A stretch of 64,000 nt of DNA, from positions 3,596,001 through 3,660,000 of the forward strand of contig OZ234494.1 in the NCBI GenBank assembly GCA_965153455.1. The letters run 5' to 3'. Positions 25,051 to 39,540 of the stretch are shown in pieces. Numbering within the stretch: the first letter of the stretch is position 1; each line of letters opens with the position of its first letter. The stretch is from Sphagnum compactum. Taxonomy: Eukaryota. A program made the translations under genes and the position numbers. The notes under the pieces were generated by a model that was not told the DNA's origin, searched no databases, and worked only from the letters and a program-made list of their open reading frames with translations.

Positions 25051-28000
25051 GTAAAATTCCTGTTTGATTCTCATCTTGTTCTATTTTTTTTCATATGGAG
25101 CAACAATCTACATTATCTTGTATGTAACAGTTTGAGTGTTTCCATTGGAACAGATGAAAATGGTGCTCGAATTCGAAACGGCAGCTGGAAGAAGAAGGTA
25201 GCTCAAGAGGTTTGGAGCTAACTATGACTTCTCTCATGAACAACAACATGGGTGGGTCTTGAAATCTGCTCAAAAGACTCTTGTTTTCTTTGTTCTGCTG
25301 TTTGCTGCAGTCAGGAATCCAAATCCTTTGCATTGATGGTGTAACCTAATAGAAAGAACAAAGGTGGGTGGGTTTGAAATCTGTTCAAAAGACTCTAGTT
25401 TTCGCTACTGTGGCCTCAAAAGAGAAGGAAAGAGAGGGACATTATGCTTTCTTGAAAGCCCACCACCAAAATGTAATGTCCACCCTTGAGGCAGAGACAA
25501 AATTGTGAACAGTAATTATGTCCCTCAACTACACTAAGAAAAGTCTTTCCAAGGTAGAGAAACTAATCTTAAACTACTCCTAGAGATATTTGTTTTGGGG
25601 AAAAATTCTCATGTAAAGAAACCTCTAGTTCTAGTTTTAGAGAATTTAAGAAATTCTAAAGCAATGGATGGTTTCTTAGCTAAGAAAACAAATTGTTCTT
25701 TGGGTTCCACAACCCTAAAATAACAAGCAGAGAAGAAGGGAAGTCAACAGAGAAAGAAAAACAAGAAGAAACAGGAAGACTTTCTAAGAGAAAATTGCAG
25801 AAGCACCCAGGTATATATATATATTCAATAATTGCAGTTTGAAGGTTTGATCAGAAGTGTATTTGATTGTATGTCAATCATAAGAGTGTTGGTTCACTCT
25901 TCATAACAAAAGAATTTGAACCTTCAATTCATGAAGGCAAAAAACAATTGGGTGCTAGCTAGTGTTTCAACACACCACACTGCATTGATGCAGTGGTGAT
26001 GCAGACGTGCTGTTTGTTCACTCAAGTTTCATGACACAAGAGTTTCTACATTCAATTCAAGAAAGGAAAAAACAATTCGGTGCTAGCTATATATAGTGTT
26101 GCAACAACTAGACTCTACGTTGTTGTTCGCACTCTCATAACAAAAAGAGTTCTTCTATACTCTCCATTCAGGCACAGCAAAACAATTGGGTGCTAGTGTA
26201 ATTGTAACATGCAACTATGCAAGTCTGTTGTTGTTCACTCTTTCACAACAAAAAAAAAAAGGGAGTTGTTTTAGTTTCCATTCAGGACGGAAAATTAATA
26301 ATAAAGAAATCCGTAAAGTCACCCTGTCTTCACCTTGTCTTCACCCTGTCTTTCACCCTCTAACCCCTCTTTTAGTGGTATCCGCAACGTAAGGAAATCT
26401 CAGTATGAAATGTTGAAACTCAATGCGAAATGCTGAGTTTCAGCATTTAACGCACAAGGTTCGAGAGGAATTATAGTTACCGTCATTATCATCACTTGCA
26501 GCAGGCACATTATCGAAGGGCAGGAAACCAAGCATAGCACGAAACCCTGAGACATCGTCCTGATCTTCCTCCTCCTCCTCCTCCTCCTCCTCCATCTTAA
26601 CTTTCTGTCATGAATGTAACACACAAGCATGTCACATACAAGGATGGGTCACAGCATGATGGCATGCATGCAGGTTGGTTGAAACTCTGCTACTGCTGAA
26701 CATCCATGCATCAGGAATCATGGTCAGGTCATGTGGATTTGATGAAGAAAACTACTACAGGGTACTGCATACAAGAAAGAATTCATCTGGAGAATCTGAA
26801 AAACTCTAAGCTGTCATGCGATCTAACAATTCTAAGCAAGAAATCTCCTCTGCTGGATATTCAAGCACAATATATGGAACAGATCTCAACATGCAATCTA
26901 GATCTGGTCATGCGGAACAGTAGATTCCTGCATCAAGGACGGACTGATCACAATACAATGTGCATGCATACATGATCATCAGCATGAGCTGCACACGCAA
27001 CTGTAGCTTTATGAATGCATATCTCGTATTCTACACATGTGCAGATCTAATAGTATAACTTTTTCACATGTGAGGGAATGGGATGCCATTGAGAAGAAGA
27101 GTTTACATGAACATAGTCAGAAGGAAACTGTAATTGTATGATCATGACTAAACTAGAAACTTCTAGAGTGATCACTCTGCAGCAGCAGAAGCAGCACCGT
27201 CATCAATCATGGACCCTAGAAACTCTGTCCATCTCAACATGAGTAGCATCAGCAACCCATTTCTAAGAGCTTCAATGTCAGAAGAGAGAATTAAGAAGCA
27301 GAATATACATCTGCAGACAATATTATAGAATGGCTGCTCATGCAGAAGCAGCTCTTCATGCGGAATCATCACCACAATATCTAGACTCTCTGTCCGACAA
27401 TTTCAGCATTGTGGAAAAACATCAAATCACAACACCATTCATGCGCGGAAAACAACACCATGTGGAGTAGTAATCCAGATCTGAAAGAGGCATGAAACAG
27501 ATGAAGCTCTTCATGTGCAATCACCACCACAATAACTAGACTGTCACTACTACAACGTCAGCATTGTGGAAAAATATCAAACACATAACCATGCGACGTA
27601 GACATCTCAGATAAACATGAAAGGTTGACTTGTTTACATATGTCATCGTCAGCATCAGCATCATCATCCACAAGGCAGATCAGCTTAGCAGCATGCAAGG
27701 TAGAAAGTCTTATTCCTGGTGGCTGCGAAGAAGAAGAAGTGGAGGCCGATTGCGACGGCCCTGCAGCGCCGCTGCTGTTTTGAACACTTTAATTGAGTGA
27801 TTTGTTCTCCATCATCGATATTCCGCTGCTGCTGCTACTCTTGCAAACACTAATTATATGCTCAAACCTGAAGAAAACAGGGATGAAACACTTGCAGCAG
27901 CTGCGTATGGACGTATATACAGACGCATGGCACGGCGTACCGGCCGCATGTGCAGCGTTAGATTAACTACATACTACCCCATACCTGAAGAGATCTGAGA

Positions 28001-28747
28001 CCACCTCGTAACCGTCGGTACTACGCGGTTGACGAATATTGCTTGGGCGTGTGCGAGTTCGGCTACTCTTGCAATCTTCTGGCTGGCTGGCTGGCTGGCT
28101 AGCTGGCTGGCAGGCAAGACTAGAGCACGACTGCAACCCAAACTGCTCGTCGTCCCAAGTAGTACTGACTCCCGCGGGAAGCTTCACCTGCTGCAGATGC
28201 AACCGGATTGATTGATAACGTTTTCACTGCTCGAAAGCTTGGAAGACGAAAAGACATCTGCTCGAAAGCTAATGACAAGTCCAAAAAACATTTACAACAA
28301 CAACAACAACAACAAGAGGAAAAAGAATACATTGAACACCAGTGCTCCTACCAATATATTGCTGCCTGGGGCGCATGAGATCTCAGAGAGGACGAATTGA
28401 ATACAACCCACGGCCCTCCAGAGTTCCCCTCCGCGCTATATATGCCTACGCCTCTGCCTGCACCTGCAACCACCGGACATGAACAGTTAACTGCTGAAAG
28501 GCTTACTGCAATCACAAAACGCATGGACTCTGACGCCGAAGTTACAACAAGACGAAAAAATACATGGAACAACATGGTCATTGCTCATTACATGTAGTAA
28601 AAGACGTCGGGACGAAAAATGAAGCTTCCCCTGAATCCGTCCCGTCGTCCCTCTGTCCATCCGTCCGTCATCCATCCGTCATCCATCCCGTCATCCGTCC
28701 CGTCATCGTATTTTGTTGCTTTTGTAGTTGCTGATCAAATCAATATA

Positions 28748-29257
28748 CCGTAGTGGCATACCCTGTTCGCACTAAATTAATTATTTTCAGGCCACTGTGA
28801 CAAAATAATACAAATTCGTCCTGCGGTGCGAAAATGCCAGCAGCCCCTTGGTCAAGCACTAAATTAACTATTTCGCATTTTCGCACCGCAGGACGGATTT
28901 GTATTATTTTATCACAGTGGCCTGAAAATAATTAATTTAGTGCGAACAAGGTATGCCACAAATTGAATCAACAGAACACTCCTTCGTGCCAACAAAGGTC
29001 CAATGATTCTCGCAGTGGCACGAATCACAGAAAAAATTGACAGTAGTAGAATCCTAAATTGAACGGTTAAGATGTCTTGAGTGCCCTGTCAACCAACGGC
29101 CAGGATCCTACAGGCAAACCCTGCGAAAACCTTCAAAACCCTTAACCAAGGGCTGTGCGTAAATCTTGAAAATCGAAATTTGTCCACTGCGAAAGGAAAA
29201 AACGATCGAAAATAATTATTCGCGACCCGAGGTCGCGAACAGGGTATGCCACTACGG
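28748..29257. mobile_element. Non-autonomous TIR element (Tc1/mariner-pogo-type MITE, 510 bp) with TA target-site duplication
   Basis: TA|ccgtagtggcataccctgttcgc ... gcgaacagggtatgccactacgg|TA gives a perfect 23-bp terminal inverted repeat flanked by TA. Confidence 0.85.
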
Positions 29258-29636
29258 TATACCCATTTCAACATGCTTCCATTTCTTGTTTAGTCACTTC
29301 ATGTGCTCAGGCTGCCTGTATGCCTTTTTTTGCAATGACCCAAAAAATTTGGAGAAAATTTGAAAAAAATTTGGCATATAATTCTGACATTTCTCTTTGA
29401 ACTTGTATGATATTATGTTTTTTTCAGCTTAAGACCTATTCCAAAGCTTAAGGCAGATCTGGTGCCAACCTTTTTGGGCAAATGCAATACTTAAAGTCAA
29501 TTTCATTGTTTAGGTTTTGGGCCTGGGCTCTCCTTCCTAAGGAAAAACCCTTCCCTATAGTCCAAATCTTAATAATTACAGCATTCATGATAGCCACCAT
29601 CCCATGATGGCATCCCCAATTGTTTGATAGTGATGT

Positions 29637-29789
29637 CACTATAACAAAAGGTGTCCATGTACGTCAAATGATTTCATTGGATTTGAGTGAATCCACTGGT
29701 TGTAGTGAACGAGGACCAGTGAAAAAGCAGTAAATTCACTAGTCAAATGAACGGGGACTACTGAACCGCACCCACATTTTGTAGTAGTG
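29637..29789. mobile_element. Miniature CACTA (En/Spm) derivative, 153 bp
   Basis: Left end is CACTAtaacaaaaggtg. Right end is cacattttgtagTAGTG (reverse complement CACTActacaaaatgtg, 14/17 match). Both sides carry the 3-bp TSD TGT (29634-29636 and 29790-29792). Confidence 0.8.
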
Positions 29790-32700
29790 TGTCATTTTGT
29801 ATCCAATAAGTTGGTGTGGTTACATTATAATAATGGACATCTAACATAATATGATTAGATCTCTCTATATATAATAGGGCAATATTTTCAAGGGGACTTC
29901 CACTTTCCAAAATATTTCACATTTGTGTGAACACATGTGAATCTCAATAAATTTCAAGGATGTACCACCTTACATGCCAAACTTGCTGCATTAAAAAAAG
30001 TTCAGGATTTTCTATACCCAACACAAATAAAAATTTGGGTTGTTATTAAATTATACAATATCAATGTGACATCAAATTAAAAAGCTTGCATCTCCTAAAT
30101 AGTATTTTTTACTTAATATATCGTGTCCTAATATATTCAAGGTGGTGAAAGATAGTGAAACTGCTTCCAAAACTGCATGGGAGCTAGATAATAGGACTGG
30201 AATGTCTAATTAGTTTCATTACATTACATGTAATAACCTTGTCTTGTGGACTATGTGAAGCTTTCGTGTGCGCACGCATAAAGGCTGGAATTCAATGATA
30301 ATAAAACCCAGATAGTTTCCAATTATAAAAATCATGGGGGCCCTAATTTATTAAGCTAGGTTTAAATTATCAATGTTGGATGTCTATCTATTATTTTCAT
30401 AGAAAATTCACATTAAAAAATTTCACATCCATATATATGGCCGCTCTCATGACTTGTAATTAACCTGCATTTTAGATTAGTTAAAACTGCACAAAAACAT
30501 TGGGGTCAACAATATATTGAGTAATTTAAAATGAAGGTAGCATTTAACTTTAACTTGGTCACAAATAACCGCATAAATAACAGAGATCCATTATAAATAG
30601 CTTATATATAACTCAATATATTGTTTATATTTTGCCCCAACTTGGGCAAAATTGTGATAGAATTTCTGAGTTTTTTATTGAATTTGGAAGAAAATTTGAT
30701 CTCCAAATTGTTTATGCATACAGACATGCAAGTAAACACTAACCATGAGCAATTTTAGTTATTAATGGACTATTTACAGGATTTAACACTTTTTTCCCAA
30801 TTTTCTTTTTGCTGAAGTCCCATTGTCCCATAGCTTAACCACAGTGGTTAGCAATATACTAGAAAACTCTCCACAAGCATCTACTTACCTAGTAAGCACC
30901 AAGTGACCTACCTACTTTCCTACCTATTGATGTTTTCAAAATGAAAGATAAAAAACTTTCCAATCTACTTTCTTGTGTTTTTGTAGAAAGCTATTATATT
31001 TTAAAATGGGATTTGAGACGGAATACTTTTTTGACCTACTTTAGCGTGCTTTCACCATACCAACATCAAAATTCAAAATAATAAATTGATTTCATTAAAA
31101 TTTCAAAGTCTATACAACTTAGTTAATGTATTTATCAAATAATAAAAACCTTTTAAAAGTGTTTTCTATATTTTAAAATAGTTTGATGGGTCCAATAACT
31201 TGAAAATGTGATATTCCTGTGGTACCACACAATCATACTTTCACCTATTTCTCAATTTTAAAAATCTTTTACTAAAATTTAATTAAATAATTTAAAAATT
31301 TCAATTCATTAGCATTCATATTAACCATTTAACACAACTTCTTATTATTAATATGGCATTAAAGTGGCACCACATAAACGTTTGTAACAAAATTGCAATT
31401 TTGATAATTGTCGAACATGATTTTTAAATGTGATTTGACACTAATGTATATGCTGTTCATCCAAGATTGACAATTTAAGCTACATTAACTATTATATATA
31501 ATGTCTTAATTTTAAAATAATTAATTTTAAAGTTCACATTATATATCTTATTAACATATATTTTGGGGTTGTTGAATGTGATCTATGACACACATGCCAT
31601 ACATGAATGAATGCAAGGCCAAACATCTAAAGTGTAAACTTTATTGTTCATAATTTACAAATTTCAATAACATGCTACAACAATGAAGGTGAATGGCATG
31701 GAAAATGAAAAGTCACAAATTCTTTCCAAACCAAATTCGACCTGGTCAGATGTTAAAGCCTTAAGTGATTCGATCAAAGACCAATATTTAATAGAATCCA
31801 TTGTAAAGTTTTGAAAATTTTCTTTTGAATATGGTCACACTTGATCCATCTATTCTTCAAATGCCAATTTTAGGGATAATGTGTGTTAGAAGTTATAACC
31901 ATGTTAGCTACATTGGGTTTATAATAAATTGCATATAAATTTTGAAAAAAATTAGTATAATAAAAGTAGGTAACAAATATGTTTGAAATTGACTAGTAAA
32001 TTTTTTTTTCAAACCTACTTTTACCCTGCAAGCTAGATATATTTTTATTAGAATGTGAAAAAGATGAAAAGCCACAAATACATTTTAAGCACCCACTAAT
32101 TCTAAATTCTAAAAACAATAGTATTTCATCTACTTATAATCTACATAAGGGCTATAAAATAGACTATGACATTTGCTTGAATTCCCATGAGTCTACTTAA
32201 ACTTATTTTAAACATGTACTTTTTATCTGAAGTTTTAACAAAGTTGAAAAAAATGTTCATATTAATCCTTGAGCAAAATTATATTTTTAAGTTTAATATA
32301 TCAAAGCACATTTTCTAATTACTTTTCATTCATGCTGCAAAGAACATTTGTGATCTATTTTACCATGCTTTCAACATGTAATCATTTTCTAACCAAAAAG
32401 TTTTACGAAAGTAAAATTGGTCATTTTCTTTGGACGTTTTGTCAGGAACACTTTTTGATACATATTTTGAGTTTTTTTATAAATATGTGTAATTTTCAAA
32501 AATATTTTAAAAGGTATTTTTTATATTATGTAATTAATTGAATAATTATAATTTAGGTATGAATTTTCAAAATTCACATTCGTGCATCCTTAAGGGACCA
32601 CAAAAATTAAGGTTACAAATTTTATTTTATTCCAATAAAAACTTAAGGCCATTTGCTAAAAAAATTCAAATTTAGCTACTTGACCATGTTTAACCTAAGT

Positions 32701-34439
32701 GTTTCCATGTAACTTGATTTCACCAATTTTAACCAAATTTCATTTTAATATCGAAGTTTAACCTACATGTTTTAATTTATCCAAGTTTAGCCTGATTTAT
32801 TAAATTTTAGTTTAAGGTTTAACCAAATTTAACTTAATTTTTTTAAGGTTTAACCATATTTATTCAATTTCAACAAAAAATAATCAAATTTTGTGAAGTT
32901 TAAACAAATTTAATCAAAATCATTTAGTTTAGAAATTTTCATTTTCATTTAACCAAACTTAACTAAGTTTTAGCCAAGTTTATCAAAATATAAGAAACTT
33001 TATCCTATTTTAGCCTCATTTATATGACTTTAACCAAAATTAAACAAAATTAGTGAACTTTAGCTTTAATCTAGCCATGTTTAATCTAAATATCCTATTT
33101 TAATAACAAAAAAACATAATTCAAGCAATTTCATGCTATTTGAACCAAATTTAACAAAGTTTTACCAAATTTATCTATGAGTTTAGGATTCATAAATTTA
33201 CAACATATTAAATTTACATATAAAATGACCTTTTAAAAAAATATGATTGTATATAATTTACAATTTTTTAAATTTAATTTGATTAATTTTTTTTGTATTA
33301 TATATATTTTAAAAACATATTTCAGAAAATATTTATATACACATAACATTGCATATGTATGTGCATATATTGTATTAAATATGTAGATTTTAATAAATTT
33401 AAAATTATAAAAAATTGAAATAATGAAAAACCAGGACAATTATAATGTTGTGTTAAGTGGTTGGATTATAATAAATATAATAAAATTAATTGGTAAATAT
33501 TTTTTCTAAATATCGATTCTATTAATTAATTTACAATACACTGAGAATCAATATAATATTGGAATTAATATATGATTATTAAATTAAATGATAAAATGAA
33601 AATTAAATATTCGTATATACAATATAAATATTGAATATATGTGTATATATGTATACATATATTATAATACATGTATATTATATACATACGATACATAACA
33701 TATATGCATATAATATATTAATAATATCATATTATATTCATATTTCAGAATTTAAAAATAAACTAAAAATATGCAATTTTTTTATATTCAAAATTTATAT
33801 ATATTTATTAAAGTTTATCATGTATTGAAACATAACAGATATGTTAAAATTTTAAAAAACTCAAAAATGATTTTCTATGTACAAAATTTGTTATCTGAAT
33901 TTTTAGTTGGTCCACATATGTAGATTATGCTCCAAATTTTAATAATTCATATTCATATGTTCATTTGATTATGTATTGGAAAAGAAATTGAATTTTAAAC
34001 TTTGTTTTTTTATACATTCAAACATTAGAACATGATAAAGTTTTTTTGTGATAATCACATGTGATGTGGTATTTATATGGTTGTCTATACGATTATATGA
34101 TTCGTGTACAAACCAGATGTATACGATATATAAATAATCAGAAATTAAATTAAATGAATAATTATTTTATAAAATCATTATTCGAAAATATATTTAAATA
34201 TTAATATATTTATTTTATAAATATACATAATTTTCATATATATACAAATATATTTTATATAAATAATATTCTATAGTCATAAGTGTAGTCGCAATGGTGA
34301 TTATGACTATGACCATCTTAGTGACTAGTGGCATTTACAACTAGTTTTGTAGTCGTAAATGTAGTCATAAATACCACATTTTTGGCATTGTGTTTTTAAA
34401 TGTTGTGTTAAATGGTTTGAAACAAGTCACATTTGATGT

Positions 34440-35360
34440 TTGTAGAATATGTGATGTATGAGATGGTAAAGTAATCGTGTCTAACCTAAACTTTTATGCC
34501 TATTCCATTGCTTTTAGGGTAACATGATTACCATGCCCATCCAAAACTAACAAGTGTCGATTGGTAAGAGACACTTTACCTAAGACAAACTTCTTGAAGA
34601 AAGTTAAGAATTCCCTGAACAAAAAAAAGTCATCTAAACTCTCTTTTGCATTATTGTGTAGGTTCTTGGTTTGTAAAGTTTGATGTAATCATCTCATAGT
34701 CTTTCACCTCTAAAAATGTAGAACTATGGTAAAATACCTCTTCGCAACATTTATTGCACAATTTATAGTTAACCATTCCCAAGACTTGGGGATGGTGTTA
34801 TAAACTGCATTTGGTCCTCTTTTAGTTAGAACCTTTGCTCTAGATTGTCTACTAGCCTAAATGCCTATTTCATCTAAATTCCATACATGATTTGTAATGT
34901 AATTGTGTTGCATGTATAATGATTACATGTTGGCATAAAATGAGTTGTAAGAAATACTTGTCAATCCTTGTGCTTTATAGATTTCTAGTCCTACTTGTCA
35001 AATGTTCACCTCTAGGTGTCTTTACTTGAACCAATACCACTAATTGTTGCCTAGTATTCCATCTCAAAATGTGTATCCCTTGTTTGTGTTAGCTCTGCAA
35101 CCTTCATTTTTAGTTGTTGTAGGCTTATAGACAATCTAGATTTTGCATATTTAAGGTCCAATTGATCACCACAACATCCTTTTCTTTTGTAAACACACCT
35201 CTTGGCTCCATCTTCCTAGATCTTGTATTTCCATTCAAGTGGTCAAAAAATGAGTTCAAAGGAATGTTCCATGACCTGCTAGCCCTCCTTAAGGAATATA
35301 TCCCTCTTTTGACAACATCCACTAATGTTTCTAATGCTTCATCCATCCACATGCATTTCC
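34440..35360 (-). pseudogene. Decayed pogo/Fot1-like transposase (psq-type HTH, CENP-B-like region, DDE_1)
   Basis: Fragments read WMDEALETLVDVVKRG.YSLRRASRSWNIP..DHL, HIWNLDE.G, EWLTINCAIN, RHLLVLDGHGNHVT and LPSHTSHILQ. There are many stops and frameshifts. Confidence 0.8.
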
Positions 35361-36654
35361 TACTTGCTATAGGGATTCAATTTATTTGTGGTGGTTTTCT
35401 TTTGGTCTCTAATTCATGAACTTGGGGCAAATTTTCCTTGTCCATTGCTTGTTGGTCCAACATGTCATTTTGTTGCCTTTGAGGCACATTTAGATTTATG
35501 ATTGTTGTTGTCTTTTGAGTCCCAACCTCCAAAACTTGGCAATGTGCACTTTAGCCCAATTAATGGTATGCCTTTTTCTTTCTTATACACATCCTAAGAA
35601 TCCAAAATGTGCAATTGCCATTTTGAAAATGTATCTATTGCATGTTTAAATAATGTCATAATAAAGTAGATGAGAGTATAAAAATGCAAAGTCTTCCCAC
35701 ACTAAATTGACATCTTTTATTGATGTGCAAACTATGAAAAGAATTCTATATGAACGATTAATATGAGCTAGTTCATACCTTGCTCTTTTGAATTTCCTTG
35801 ACCTAGCGTTTTGGACTATAGATTGTTGAATCCAATGATAATCCAAATACTTTTTGAACCTTTGGTTGTAAATATGATCTATGATTTCTATCCCAAACTC
35901 TAGTGGTGATTTCTCTTCTACATGATGTTATTTTGAGATCTCTTTGTGGCAAATCTACCTTTGAAGTAGGTGGTTGGTCATTTACTTGTTTTATTTTCAC
36001 TTGTAGTGTAATGTTTTGCATATCTACTTTAAAACTTGGTTGTTCTTCATTTACTTTCTACACTTTCTTTTTTAAGACTTGTTTTTTTGTAGGAAAAGCT
36101 TCAAGCTTGACCTTTCTTCTACACATTAGACTTCTACTGGTAGATTTGAATTGTGATTACCTCTAATATTTCTTAACAGTTTTAAGAATTCTAGGTAGAG
36201 TTGCAACTGTTCTTTTGTTGGAGGACATATTTGAAAAAAAGGAAGGATTGATAGTAACAAGGCTACACCTATAAGTTAAACTTTGTCTATGTTTAAACTT
36301 GTTCTGGTGTTTGAGTTTTTTGGAAAGAATGTAAACTACAAAAGATTAGTAAGAATCTTGAAGGTTAAACCTTTGAAAGGCTTATAATGAACTTTTTTGA
36401 AAAGCTCAAAATTTGATGTCCTTGTTAATCTTGTTGCATTGCATCCTTGTCAACATTTAAGGCTTATTTATGAATAGTTACATGCCCATTAATCTAACAA
36501 ACAAACCCCCGTAACCAAACATTCTCTTTGTTGTCTTAGTGTGTTTTTGTGAAAATGAATCCAACCCACCTTTAAACCAAACATTGCCTTTGAAAAAACA
36601 TTTGGGAATTTTTGCTAAACCAGTCTTAAACACACCATAACGAAACAAAAAACA

Positions 36655-36855
36655 CTTAACATTAATATTTTCTCATCTTATTTGCTTTCACTTACTTAAC
36701 ATTAATATTTTCACATCTTGTTTGATTTCACTTACTTAACATTAATATTTTCTCATCTTATTTGCTTTCACTTACTTAACATTAATATTTTCTCATCTTA
36801 TTTGATTTCACTTACTTAACATTAATATTTTCTCATCTTATTTGCTTTTACTTAT
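36655..36855. repeat. Tandem repeat, ~43-bp unit, ~4.5 copies
   Basis: cttaacattaatattttctcatcttatttgctttcactta is reiterated. Confidence 0.9.
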
Positions 36856-37173
36856 GCGCATGAAAATGTGCCCATACTTTCCCACCACTGAACATGTGTG
36901 ATTCATAACAAGTGAACATGTGTGATTCATAACAAGAAATCAAAATTTGTTAATTTTGTCACTTTCTCACATTCATAGCTGCACACAAAAGCAACATTAT
37001 GTGTGTGTGTGTGTGACCCAAATTCACCGAACATCTTTTTTTAAGACCATGCATTCAACGATAGGAGACAATGTTCAATTATTGGGTTATGTAGCCCATT
37101 GTTTCCATTTTTTTCGAAAGACTATGGGGGGCATGTTTACCCTAGTTTTTTACTTTTGATGAAGAACTTCTCC

Positions 37174-37265
37174 CTAGTTTCGGTTCTAAAAAAATAAATT
37201 TATTTTTTTATTTTTCATTTATTAATTTATTATAAAAATAATTTATTTTTTAGAACCGAAACTAG
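37174..37265. repeat. Short AT-rich inverted repeat
   Basis: ctagtttcggttctaaaaaaataaatt pairs with aatttattttttagaaccgaaactag. Confidence 0.7.
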
Positions 37266-39540
37266 ATTTTTTTTTAAAAATAAATAAATTTATAAATTTG
37301 AAAATAAATTTATTTTTTTTCGGTTCAGGTTTCACACATAAATGAAACTATCAATCTAGTCCAGTCTTCAAAAACATAAATTCTGATTCTACCCAGTTCT
37401 AGTCCTCTTTTTTCTTTTTTTAAATTTTTTCTTTTTTTTTTTCCAAAAATCTTGATTCTGGTTCCACACATGAAACCAGGTCTTGTTTCTCAAAGGGTAA
37501 ATTCAGTTTTGGTTCGAAGTTTGAAACCAGTTCCGAAGATCAGACCCACTTCCAATTAGTTTTTAACTAGTTTGAACCCCGTGCCTAATGCACAGGTGTG
37601 TTATTTCAACAATGTTTGGTTCATGTTTTAGTTTTTTTTTTAAACTTTTATCTTTTTTATTATTTATTTTTATGTGTTTTTTTTTGTTTTTATTATTATT
37701 TTGTATAATAAAAATAAAGTGTTTCTTTTTCACTTTTGTATTTTTTTTTATTTGGTAGTTTTGAATAACTGAAACCAGAACAACCAGTTCTAACTAACCC
37801 TTCAATAAGAGGAGGGGTCACCACCAACCCCCTAGTAGTAGGTAGGTGGCAACCAACCTGTGAGAGCTTTCTCTAGCAAGCTCTGGGATTTGCTTGTGTT
37901 TTTTTGCTTGGGCTGCAATCCCAGCAGTGTGAAAAGGGTAGTAGTAGTAAAAAGGGGGCCTACTCTTTTCCCTTCCAAATGTGAAATGTGGATAAAAAAG
38001 TGCTTTTTTTTTTCTCTTTTTCCCCATCTGTCTGTCTGTTTGGGCTTTACAATGTCCAGAACAACTGAAAAGCTTGAGAGCTCCTAGACCAGTCCCAGTT
38101 CAAGATGGTGACTAGATGGGCTTACGTGTCAGTTTGTGCGCTTTTCTGTAGGCCATCTCATCATTTTAGCCAACTGCAAGGATTAGAATGATTTGTAGCC
38201 TGCTTTTCTTGGCTTAGGTGGGTTGTGGGTTTAGGGTTTAGTAGAGTCAAGTTCTCTGGCTCTCCTTTTTTTTTTTCTTTTTTTTTTCCTTTGCTTTTCC
38301 TTCATTTTCCTTGCTAGTGGGTTGGTGTTTTTTTTACTTAAAAAGAATAGAATAGAATGAATTTACTTAATCAAGAGGTGTGTTTGCATACATCTCTCAA
38401 TAAGTAACCCAACCCCCAGTTTATAATGGGGGGTTACATATTCTGTTTCATATTAATTAGTTGGGGGGGTGTGTCACAAGTCTAACTCTTTTTTCTTTTT
38501 TTTTAAATGAGCCAATTTGATTGGCCCATCACCAAAAAAAAAATTGGAACTATGGAGGCTCCCCAAAATAAAAAGAAGATTCTATGGAAAGATGGAGGGC
38601 CTCCCCCGGGCGGGCCTTTGGCCCACCTCATAACTTGCTATCTACCAACAATCCTTATATGTGCATCAAAGCACTTGTACTAGGATGTCAATGCCAATCT
38701 TTCTAAAGAATGGGAAAAGCATTGCTACAAAAAAATGTAATTTACTTGGGAAAGCTTCTAATTTTGCTATGAATGAGGAGGTACCTCAATGTATGTGTGT
38801 TGGGTTTAGGGTTTAGGGTTTAAGGCCCAACAACAAGAACACCAAACATGAATTTTGTTACAATAAAAACTAGACCATGTAAAGGCCACCTTACACAAAA
38901 TGAGGGGGCCAATAAGGGGAAAACCTTGGTGCCAGGAAAGGCCATGGATAGGTGTAAATTCAAAATGGGTTGTGGGAAATTTGGCCTAATAATAATAATA
39001 ATAATTTATTATAAGAATTTTATTATTATTATTATTATTACTATTATTGTTATTAGGGCACTCCTACTGCAAAGGAAGGGATTAGGGTACAGAAAGAAAT
39101 TAGGGTTACAGACTGCTCGTCGTCTGGAAGGCGTGCAGTGGCATGAAACACGCCACCTGCTTTCTCACTGCTCGTCATCTCCGACATCCCCTTGTCATGT
39201 GTCAGGATGAGACGCCTTCAGTGCGCATGCTCATGAACAAACTAACTCTGTCCCCTTGCTAAAACTCGTGCGCAGGCAGGCCGGTGGTCTCTCTCTATGC
39301 ACAACACACACACACACACACACACATACAGTGAAGAAGTCATTTGCTGTTGTTTCTCATGGCATGAGTTCTTGTTGCAAAGTTAGTTTGCAACACGGAG
39401 AATTGTTGTTGTTGGTGGTGGTGTTGCCTTCTTGTTCGACTTGTTGTTGTTGTTGTTGTTATTGTGGTTTCCTTTTCTTCTCTCGGACTGTCAAGTGAGT
39501 GCGCGGTGGTTGGGTGGGTGGTCAATTTTCACAAGCCGTG

